Shown here piece after piece: positions 54,582 through 63,677 of a stretch of DNA of 64,000 bases. Position 1 is the first letter of the stretch, and the number at the start of each line of letters is the position of its first letter. The notes beneath the pieces were generated by a model. It saw only the letters and a list, made by a program, of their open reading frames with translations. It ran no database searches and was not told where the DNA came from. The stretch is from Chlorokybus atmophyticus. Taxonomy: Eukaryota; Plantae; Mesostigma and Chlorokybus algae. The translations under genes were made by a program, and so were the position numbers. Location: positions 61,843-125,842 of the forward strand of contig RHPI01003753.1 of assembly GCA_009103225.1 (NCBI GenBank), read 5' to 3'.

Positions 54582-56868
54582 ATGAGCAGGCCCACCCCGT
54601 TCTCCCCAATAGACGAGGGTGACCTCAGCAGTTGGAGCCCAACCACCAACCTCACCTACGAGCGGACCAGTGACGGGAGCATCGACCGCAGCAGCAGAGG
54701 CTCGCGCTCCATCTCCAGCTTCACCCCGCTCCACTCTACTCCTCGTCATCAAGCTTCTCCACTATCATCGGACAGCGACGACAACGAGATGGAGTCTTCC
54801 AGTTCAACCACATCCCTGCGCTTCTCCGGACGTGCCGGCACCACCTCGCTGGATGAGTTCATCATCAAGTTCCACTCCAAGATGCGGCAGCAAGCACCGA
54901 AGAACAAAGACTGGTCAGATGAGATTTCTTTCCACATTGCTGCTCAGTATCTTGATCATGAAGCACACGATGTCTGGAAGTCCGTTGCTGAACTGCATCG
55001 AGTAGACGGCTATGGCGAGCTTGCCAACACCATAGCATCTGCATCCCTGCACCGTCCAGCAGGTGTCGTTCCACCTGCCACTTCAGTTGCAGTAACAGGC
55101 TTGACCATAGCTGCAGCTCTCAAGCAGGCAGAGGAGGAGGAACCAGAGTTGGTACTTGTCAACTTGACCCCTGCAGAAGTTGAGTCCAAGGAGGCCACAC
55201 GTCGAGTCCGCATCCTTGACCGTTCTGCCGCTATCATTGAGGAACAAAGAGCTGTACAGCAAGCGGCAGCCGCAGAGTGGGGTACTCCTCTACCTCCAGC
55301 AACACCTGGCTCTCGTGCATGAGGCAGCGCTTTCACCCTCGGGTCAGTAGCACTGCGCGCACCAGCCATCACCGTAGGTGCTGCCATCTCTGAGTCTCCA
55401 CTTAAGGACCTGTACGCTGCCCTGCGCCGTACCTTCCCTCCTCAGACCACCAGCAAGGTTGAGGAGCTGAGACGCTTCCGACGCAAGCCCAGTGAGGATC
55501 CCCTCCGCTTGTACTCCAGACTTGAAGGTCTGTTGAAGGACACTGACTACAAGATTGTCAGTGAGGAGGCTGCTGCAGTGATATACGTCAATGAGTTGGA
55601 TGCTGCTCTGAGCGAGTCGACACGCCTGACTCTGAACTACAGCAGGCCCCTTGGCTACACCCTCAAAGAAGCCTTCGAGACTGCACAAGCCATCCACAAG
55701 CGCTTGGTGTATGAGAAGGCAGTGCTGGACACCAACCGCAGCGCCGTACGACCTGTAGTCAGCACGACAACTGAGCCTCCTCGCCGCGACCGTGGCCGGG
55801 ACGCTCCACCAGCACGCAACAAAGGGAAACGGTCAGCTCATGCTGCACTTGCTGCCACTGTGCTGTGTCATCGCTGTGGACGGCATGGGCACTACCAAAA
55901 GGAGTGCACCGAAGAATACTCAACTTTGGTTTGCGACCACTGTCACAAGACTGGTCATTTGGAGTCAGTCTGCTGGCTCAAGTTCCCAGAGTTGAGGCCC
56001 GCCAACAGCTACAACCACAACTACCTCGGTGGCTACAACAGCAACAACACTGGGGGCCACACTGGCAACAACTTCAGTGGCTACAACAGCAACAACACTG
56101 GGGGCCACACTGGCAACCACTTCAGTGGCTACAATAGCAACATCACTGGGGCCCACTGGAGCCCACAACAGCAACAACGCTGGTGGCAATAACAACAACA
56201 ACAACGCCAGTGTTTGCAAGGAAGAGCAAGGCTACAAGGGGAAGAACAGACCTCCTCAGCGTAAGGGACCAGAGACACGTCCGCGCGCTGCTGCTGTTGC
56301 CGCTAAGGCTTCAGCCAACCCACCAGCTGAGGACCATATGGCAGCCCTCATGGCGCGTATGGCGCGCTTGGAGGAAGACAAGGAGCAGGACTACCGCGCC
56401 TGCTACGCTGCCCGATGGGCGCTGATGGCTGCAAAACGCGAGAGAGACAGGAACACTCCGTCCCGCGTGCAACCATCACGACGAGCACGAGGAGAAGCTG
56501 CAACAACATCAGCAGGCACCTCCTCCGAAGCCACCAGTGGTGCTGCCTCCGCAGCAACAGCCACACCGGCTACAACGTCAACTCCACCAACGTCAGCAGC
56601 ACCCACTCCAGTTGCACCACAACCTGGTACACCGATGGGCACCGTGACGCCGACGCTGGTGAGCACACTGGCAGCAGCCGCCATCTCTACCGAATCTGCA
56701 CTTGTGGGTGGTGCACTTCCCATTGCAGCAGTGCCTCTGTCCGTAGGCGTTGAGACAACTCTCGCACCACCGACCGATACCGTCGCAACTGCCACAATGG
56801 CCATTGTCGAGCCCGCTGTCTCTGCAGCGACGCGCGCAGCCACTCTGCCCGCTCTCGACGTCACTTAG
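54582..56868 (+). pseudogene. Element 1 gag with two zinc knuckles, interrupted by TGA 55320-55322 and a frameshift near 56155
   Basis: LRFSGRAG..LDEFIIKF; LRRFRRKPSEDPLRLYSRL (capsid-like); CHRCGRHGHYQKEC and CDHCHKTGHLESVC (CX2CX4HX4C). Confidence 0.85.
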
Positions 56869-57042
56869 GCTGTCCCAACTGGTCAGCAAGCTGAGCGAGC
56901 ATGGGAAACCATCCTGCGCGGAGCAGACCCCACTACCATCGCCTTCGGTCGGGGGGGGGAGCGCACCACGCGTGTCACTCGCGATGATCGCGTCTTCCCG
57001 CTAGCAGAGGTTCACACCCTTTCAGCACTCAGTTAACACCAG

Positions 57043-59148
57043 TTGGAAGATGAGATCCTTGCTGGCACTGCACCTCCGATGCGTGACAGGGTGTTTTTGA
57101 TCAGCTACAGCCCACCTGTAGTGTTGGAGTTGGCTCTGCAGCTATTCTGGGCGTTGCACAACAGCATGCAGACCGCCCCGCGCCAGCCTGCACGCATGCC
57201 AACCACCACCTTTGAACCCAGCCCGTTGGACACGTATCGGGACCGCCGAGACGCCGTCCAGCAGCGCATCGCCGACGCAGCCGACCTGCCTTTGGGCACT
57301 GATGAAGCACTCGGACCTCCTGAACCCGCTCGTCTTCATCAGCGCTACCACGCACTGGAACAAGCATATTATTGGCGACAGGATCAAGCTGCCGCCATTG
57401 CTGCACGTGAACAAGCTCTTGAAGCTACACGTGCACCAATACCGCAGTCACCAGCTGCTGGTCCATCCTCCAGCACCACTCCTCTCTTCGTCGAGACCAA
57501 CTCTGATCAAGCGAGGGCGTTGGCTCAACAAGCCAGGGGGGTGATCGCCCCGTTGCTGCCTGCGCTGGTGGAGGATCTACCTGAGGACCAAAGGGAGCCA
57601 GGGAGGGGCTACCTTACACCACAAGGGTGTACACAAAGGGATGGAGCAGGATTGGTTGGAGAGCAACAACTATGCACTGCTCTGTTGCGACAAGCAACCA
57701 TGCTGCATCGGCAAGAAGGCATCGGACTTCGGCAGATGCTTGGGATGCGAGACAATGGCAACGCGGCACGCGCACGGTTAGTGACGTGGCTGGTCACCAA
57801 CCATCCCGCAGTCCCGTTGTTCGCTTTCGGCGCCAGAATAGCGTGGGTGGACCCATTCCTTCGCTCCATACGGCAAGCCTATGATGAAGTGGCTTCCGCC
57901 GCCACTGGCACTCTGGAGGGAGCTCTGGAGGCGATACTGAGTTTGCCAGGAGTGGAGGCAGGACGTCAGCGCAGGCGCATCGCCGCTGCTTGCGAGCAGC
58001 ATGTCCAACAGCCAGAGACCCGCCTCACTGTACGCACACGAGCAATAACAGTGCTGGAAGTGGGAGTGGTCAACGGCAGATGGGATGCTTACATGGTAGG
58101 GATCCTCAGGGTGCCTACCGTCACTCACAACATGAGGGCGCGGCTCCTACGCGCAGTGTACCTGCAGCTCATGCCTCAGAACCATCGCTATATACACGTG
58201 GACAACAATGCGACGGCGACATGGGAAGGTACACTAGTCAGAGAGGCAGCCCATGCTGTGCGATGGACCTATGCAGAGAAGCAGGCTGCACGAGAGGCAG
58301 TCCCGCAAACACCAGGTCCTCCAGGGTTCCCGCCACAGCCACTGGCCACTCCTCCTGGCATGACAACAGCTGCACAGAGGGTCAACCCTCCTGCACCTCC
58401 ACTTGGACAGGTTGCAGCAGCACCTCCAGTGCCTAGGCCACCACGCGTGTACCAGCAACCGCGACAAGGACGGTTTGGACAAAGCCGAGGACAAGGAGGC
58501 CCACAAGATCCATCAGGCAGAGGAGCCCTGGCTGCCCTACGGTCAGGCCCCGCAGATGAGAGTAAAGCAACAGTCTCTCCACGCAAGAGGTTCCGTCGCT
58601 GCAAGAGGCTGCGCATCAACGCAAATGCAGCCATGATCGCCAACCAAGGCAAGCACATGACCGTCAATGGGCGGGCACCCAAACGCGTGATGCTGGACAC
58701 TGGAGCACAGCCTGTCATCATTGGGCGCTATCTCGCACGAGATCTCGGCATCACCAGCGCTGAGCTGCTTCCCTGTCCCTACCAGCTGGACACCGCAACC
58801 GGCAACCGCGACAAGGTGCTTGGCCTTACCAAGCAGGCTGTGAGCATTCGCCTCACAGGACCAAACCCTTCCCACAGCACCGAGATTGTACAACGGTGTG
58901 TGGTCACCGATGCCGGGTCTTTTGACCTACTGCTGGGACAGGACTGCAACTTCCCTGTCGGCATGGGGATGGACTGCTGGACTGAGCAGGCATGGTTTCG
59001 ACCGCATTGGGATGAGGACGATGGAGAGGAGCAGGGATTCCTACCTCTCGAACTGGTGGCCAAGGACTGCTCGCAACGAAGATCGGCTGCAGCAGCCACT
59101 TACAGTCTTACAAAAGCTCACGTGTGCCTCGTGCCCGAACGCAGCTGA
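57043..59148 (+). CDS. Element 1 uncharacterised domain plus retropepsin-type aspartic protease
   Basis: 701-aa open frame, in frame with the upstream gag tail across TAG 56866 and TAA 57034. VMLDTGAQPVIIG (DTG ~58696) and FDLLLGQD. Confidence 0.85.
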   Translation: MEDEILAGTAPPMRDRVFLISYSPPVVLELALQLFWALHNSMQTAPRQPARMPTTTFEPSPLDTYRDRRDAVQQRIADAADLPLGTDEALGPPEPARLHQRYHALEQAYYWRQDQAAAIAAREQALEATRAPIPQSPAAGPSSSTTPLFVETNSDQARALAQQARGVIAPLLPALVEDLPEDQREPGRGYLTPQGCTQRDGAGLVGEQQLCTALLRQATMLHRQEGIGLRQMLGMRDNGNAARARLVTWLVTNHPAVPLFAFGARIAWVDPFLRSIRQAYDEVASAATGTLEGALEAILSLPGVEAGRQRRRIAAACEQHVQQPETRLTVRTRAITVLEVGVVNGRWDAYMVGILRVPTVTHNMRARLLRAVYLQLMPQNHRYIHVDNNATATWEGTLVREAAHAVRWTYAEKQAAREAVPQTPGPPGFPPQPLATPPGMTTAAQRVNPPAPPLGQVAAAPPVPRPPRVYQQPRQGRFGQSRGQGGPQDPSGRGALAALRSGPADESKATVSPRKRFRRCKRLRINANAAMIANQGKHMTVNGRAPKRVMLDTGAQPVIIGRYLARDLGITSAELLPCPYQLDTATGNRDKVLGLTKQAVSIRLTGPNPSHSTEIVQRCVVTDAGSFDLLLGQDCNFPVGMGMDCWTEQAWFRPHWDEDDGEEQGFLPLELVAKDCSQRRSAAAATYSLTKAHVCLVPERS

Positions 59149-59420
59149 GGACAACTGCGACGAGCTCGAGCCCGAGCCTAAACGCTGAAGAGGACTCTTC
59201 TACACCATACGATGAGTCTCAGGAGACTGTCACCAAAGAAGTGGCCTTTCAGGAGCCATCCGAGCGTCGCTGGAGCGCACAAGTAGCAGCACACATGCTG
59301 CTGACCAGGCCTCAGCTCACTGCACACTTCCCTGTCTACAAAGACCAGGCTACAGTGCAGGAGCAGTACCACATAGCTACGGGAGTTGTGGAGTTCCACA
59401 TGTTCCGCCGACAACAAGGC

Positions 59421-60345
59421 ATCACCGTGCTGGAGCTGTTCGGAGGCATAGGCAGTGGGCTTGCGGCTGTCCTCAACACAGGAACAACAGTCACCAAGTA
59501 CCTCTACTGTGACCCTGACCCTCATGCACAGGAGGCTCTGAGCCATCATTTACGACAGCTGCACCAGCGCTACCCGCAGCTACCGCTGTCGGCACTGCGA
59601 GGGAGCCAGAAGGCTCTACCGCGGGACATCCGCTGGATTACCAAGGATCACCTGCAGGCAGTCGGCAACGTTGACCTGCTGATAGCAGGATGGGAGTGTC
59701 AAGGGCACTCCAGGGCAGGCAGAGGCCAAGGGCTCTCTGATCCTCGCTCACAGCTGATCTGGGAGCTAATGAGAGTCATCAAACTCCTACAGACCAGTCA
59801 AATCGCTAGGCCCTTGGGGTACATTATCGAGAATGTGCACTCCGAGGATGACAAGCGGCATTACGTCGCTAAGGCCTATCGACAAGTATGCTCCTTGCTA
59901 GGGCATCCTCTCAAAATCAACGCCGCGCGTCATGGATCTCGCGCACACCGCGTCCGCGCCAAGTGGACCAACCTGGCCATTGTGGAGGACCTGTTTCTGG
60001 CAGAATACCTATACAGCAATCGGCCACGAAATCTCGTCGTCGATGACATCCTGGACCCTGGACGCACAGCGCAACCGGTCACACGCCGTGACCGCCACCA
60101 CTTCTAGTGCAACCAGCCTGGTCAGCCGCGCCGCGCACTACCCACGCTTGTATCCTATCCAGGCTCCTACGCGTTCCGCAATGGAGGCGACGGCATGGTG
60201 TTGGACTCCAACACTGGACAGCTGGAAGAACCCAATGCCCGCGAGCACGAGCGTGCTATGGGATTCTTTCCAGGCAACATCACAGGCTCCACGCTGACAA
60301 CCAGTCAACAGTGTCAGTTGTTAGGGCGCGCCATGGATCAGAACA
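59421..60345 (+). CDS. Element 1 DNMT3-like C5 cytosine methyltransferase domain (one in-frame TAG at 60105-60107)
   Basis: Motif I VLELFGGIG, IV LLIAGWECQGHS (Cys 59697-59699), VI YIIENV, VIII AHRVRAKWTNL, IX EHERAMGF, X LLGRAM. Confidence 0.9.
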
Positions 60346-63300
60346 GCATGGTGTGGTACTTGGAAATGTGCTTTGCGCTCCAGGACCGCCATGTGTCCTT
60401 CCAAGAGCTCGAACACCTGGCTGGGGGGTGGATTGATCGCTTTTCAGAGACCCAAGCAGCACACACCGCCCTCGAGACCGCCCACATGGAGGAGCAGGCA
60501 GCAGTCACTGTGGAAGACATTCCAGTGGTCGCCAACGCTACCTCGTGGTCCCACGCCATTGGACCGCTGGCCACAGGCCAGACTCGAGAGCAACTCGAGG
60601 CTCTCCTCAACAAGTGGAGGAGCCAATTCAGCTTTAGCGTGAAGGAGCTGGGCATCTGCTCAGCATACCAGATGGACATTGAACCAGTGGACATCGAACC
60701 GGTGTTCAGAAGACAATACCGCCTCTCCAAGCTAGAAGAAGACTTGGTGGAACAGAGGTACAAGGCGCTGCTAGATGCAGGCCTGATCGAGGAGTCCACA
60801 TCGGACTTTGCGGCCGCGACCGTCATGCCCCTGAAGAAAGTTTCAGCAGGCAATTGGACAGACCGGCGTATGTGTGGCGACTATCGCCCCCTCAACAACA
60901 AGACCAAGCAGGACAGGTATCCAATGCCTACCGCAGAAGGCATCTTTGACGATGTAGGAGAATGCACGGTCTTTAGTATCTTGGATATGCGCCAAGGGTA
61001 CAACCAGATCGCCATCAAGGAGGAGGACAAGCACAAGACTTCCTTTTGGGGAAACCGGCAGCTGTACCAGTGGAAGGTCATGCCCTTCGGGCTGAAGAAC
61101 GCTCCGGCCAAGTTTCAGCGCGCCATGGACAAAGCCCTCAAGGGGTTGGACTTCGCACGCTGCTACATCGATGACATCCTCATCTTCAGTCACAGCAATG
61201 AGGAGCATCTCCAGCACATCGAAGAGGTGCTACAGAGGCTGAAGGAAGTCGGGATGACGGTGCACCCTGACAAGTGCACCTTCTTCACCCACAAGGTACC
61301 CTACCTAGGACACATGATTGTGCCCCATGGTGTGTACGTACAGCAGGCCAAAGTGGAGGCACTGGTGGCTATCCCTGCCCCCACAGACCTCACGCGGCTG
61401 CGGGCCTTCCTCGGCCTTGCCAACTATTACCGCCGGTTTGTCAAGGACTTTGCCAAGATCGCAAGGCCTCTCAACGAACTACTGAAGAAGGACACCGAGT
61501 TCTTGTGGAAGGAGGCACAACAGGAGGCCTTTCAGGAGCTGAAGCTCCGCCTCACCACAGCTCCCATTCTGCAACGCTCTGACTACACCAGGTCGTTCAT
61601 CCTGCACACAGACTGGAGCAAGCTCGGCATGGGGGCCGTGCTCGTACAGCATGACAACAACAAGAAGGAGCGCGTAGTGTCGTACGCCAGCCGCAGCAAC
61701 AACAGTGCTGAGGCCAACTACAGCAGCTACGAAGGGGAGTGTCTCGCCGCAGTGTGGGCCATCTCCTTCTTCCGACCCTTCCTATTTGGACGGCAGTTCC
61801 AATTGGTCACTGACCAACCCCTCAAGTGGCTAATGAACAACCAGCACTTGACAGGAAAGTTAGCACGATGGGCGCTGCTGCTCCAGGAGTACGACTTCGA
61901 GGTGGAACACCGCGCAGGCCTTGCCAACCAGGATGCGGATGGCCTCAGCCGTAACCCCCACCTCAGCACCAACGACGCCACAGGCGCCCGACATGAGTTG
62001 GGTCCTACAGCTGCACCTTCAGGTGTGGCCACCATGTTCGCTGTCGCTGCGCTACGCTCAGGACGCAGGACTCAGATCGCTGAGGCAGCAGCAGACGGGG
62101 ACATGCCCGCTCTTGAGCCCGCCATCACCACCACCGATCCTTTATCAGAAGAAGCAATCGCTGCCGACCCTGAGGTGGATGATGAGGAGCTGGCACCCAC
62201 CGACACACGACAAGACATCTGGCTGGACGAGCCATCCCTCGCACTGCTTCAGACTGGACAACTTCCAGCAGGCATGAGCGCACGCGAGAAGGACCGCGTC
62301 CGACAACGCACTCAGCGTTACCGCTGGGCTAACGACAGGCTGTATCGACGGATACAAGATGCAGATCAGGAGGTCCCCACACCAGCTGCACGTGAAGACA
62401 TCATCTCCTCCCTTCACACCGAGCTCGGGCACTTCGGTGTCAAGCGCACGGTCAGCCTGGTCAGGACCCAGTACTGGTGGTATGGGGTGCACAGACAGGT
62501 GCGGGAGTTCGTCAGCAACTGTCAGCAGTGTGACATGGTTCGCGCCAGCCTCAACACGCGCAATGCCACCTTGCATCCCCTTCCCATTTCCGGGTTGTTC
62601 TACCGCTGGGGACTGGACATCCTCGGAGACCTAGCGCCCTCAGCGCGAGGCAACCGCTACATCCTCGTCATGATCGAGCACTTCTCCAAGTGGGTGGAGC
62701 TGGTGCCCCTGCCCGACAAGAGCAGTGAGGGAGTAGCTCAGGCTTTCCACTCCCATGCACTCGGACGTTTCGGCAGCTGCGCTGAAGTCATCACCGACCA
62801 GGGTACGGAGTTCAGAGGAGCCTTCGACAAGCTTATCTACAGATGCTTCAACGACCACCGTCGCACCTCACGCGACCACCCGCAGGCCGACGGCCTCGCC
62901 GAGCGTACCGTGCAGATCATCAAGAAGGCACTGCGCAAGTACGTCCTTGCCTACGAGAAGAATACCTGGGATGATCACCTCCCATGGGTAGCAATGGGCT
63001 ACCGGCTGTCCAAGCAGGCAGCCCTGCGAGAGTACAGCCCATACTATCTACTGTTCGGAAGGCAGCCATTGCTCCCTTTCCGCGCACAGCAGGAGGTCGA
63101 CAGAGTGGTGGACAATCTCGACAACCCCGACGAGATGTTGTATAATCTGACAGTGCGCAGTGCGCTGTTCGAGCACACAGTCCCCATGGCCTTCAACAAC
63201 CTGCGCATCGCGCAGCACCGCGACACGCTGCGTTACGAGCGTGTGCGCAGTGGTTTCTACAAGGAGCGGGAGCGCCGCTTCGAGTCAGGAGACTTCGTCT

Positions 63301-63677
63301 ACCGTATGGCGTCTACACGCGACACCCTCGATACCTCCGTCGGGCGTGCTGTCTACAAGGTATTGAAGGTGCACCCCACAGGGGTACTGGACCTGTTGGG
63401 ACAACGAGGCGAGCGCATGAAGGACAACATGGTCAACTGTGCGCCCTGTCATCTCCCCTACATTGCTGGCTTCACCAAGATCCAGCACCCGCGTCCGCTG
63501 CGCAGCACCCGATGCGAGAAGTGTGGCAGCGCCGACGACGACCCATTGATGATGTTATGCGACGGCTGTAATCAAGGCATGCACTGCTACTGCCTTGACC
63601 CTCCACTGGACGCAGTACCCTTGTGGGAGTACTGGTGCGATGACTGCCGCATCAACGGTCCCCCACACAGTCGGTAG
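60195..63677 (+). CDS. Element 1 MTase C-terminus fused to RT, RNase H, integrase and a C-terminal PHD finger (1160 aa open)
   Basis: MPFGLKNAPAKFQ, CYIDDIL, LHTDWS, NYSSYEGE, TDQPL..DGLSR, HTELGH..CQQC, LDILG, TDQGTEF, LAERTV, CEKC..LCDGC..HCYC..WCDDC. Confidence 0.96.
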   Translation: MVLDSNTGQLEEPNAREHERAMGFFPGNITGSTLTTSQQCQLLGRAMDQNSMVWYLEMCFALQDRHVSFQELEHLAGGWIDRFSETQAAHTALETAHMEEQAAVTVEDIPVVANATSWSHAIGPLATGQTREQLEALLNKWRSQFSFSVKELGICSAYQMDIEPVDIEPVFRRQYRLSKLEEDLVEQRYKALLDAGLIEESTSDFAAATVMPLKKVSAGNWTDRRMCGDYRPLNNKTKQDRYPMPTAEGIFDDVGECTVFSILDMRQGYNQIAIKEEDKHKTSFWGNRQLYQWKVMPFGLKNAPAKFQRAMDKALKGLDFARCYIDDILIFSHSNEEHLQHIEEVLQRLKEVGMTVHPDKCTFFTHKVPYLGHMIVPHGVYVQQAKVEALVAIPAPTDLTRLRAFLGLANYYRRFVKDFAKIARPLNELLKKDTEFLWKEAQQEAFQELKLRLTTAPILQRSDYTRSFILHTDWSKLGMGAVLVQHDNNKKERVVSYASRSNNSAEANYSSYEGECLAAVWAISFFRPFLFGRQFQLVTDQPLKWLMNNQHLTGKLARWALLLQEYDFEVEHRAGLANQDADGLSRNPHLSTNDATGARHELGPTAAPSGVATMFAVAALRSGRRTQIAEAAADGDMPALEPAITTTDPLSEEAIAADPEVDDEELAPTDTRQDIWLDEPSLALLQTGQLPAGMSAREKDRVRQRTQRYRWANDRLYRRIQDADQEVPTPAAREDIISSLHTELGHFGVKRTVSLVRTQYWWYGVHRQVREFVSNCQQCDMVRASLNTRNATLHPLPISGLFYRWGLDILGDLAPSARGNRYILVMIEHFSKWVELVPLPDKSSEGVAQAFHSHALGRFGSCAEVITDQGTEFRGAFDKLIYRCFNDHRRTSRDHPQADGLAERTVQIIKKALRKYVLAYEKNTWDDHLPWVAMGYRLSKQAALREYSPYYLLFGRQPLLPFRAQQEVDRVVDNLDNPDEMLYNLTVRSALFEHTVPMAFNNLRIAQHRDTLRYERVRSGFYKERERRFESGDFVYRMASTRDTLDTSVGRAVYKVLKVHPTGVLDLLGQRGERMKDNMVNCAPCHLPYIAGFTKIQHPRPLRSTRCEKCGSADDDPLMMLCDGCNQGMHCYCLDPPLDAVPLWEYWCDDCRINGPPHSR

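Noticed and set aside
55320-60107. TAA/TAG reassigned to Gln to explain in-frame stops
   Set aside because: Host genes end at expected positions with TAA/TAG (ProRS AKSY-TAA, GME GKD-TAG), and one of the internal stops is TGA.
59421-60345. Bacterial restriction-modification gene or contamination
   Set aside because: The MTase is in frame with RT, present at the same position in two elements, has DNMT3-like motifs and has no neighbouring endonuclease.
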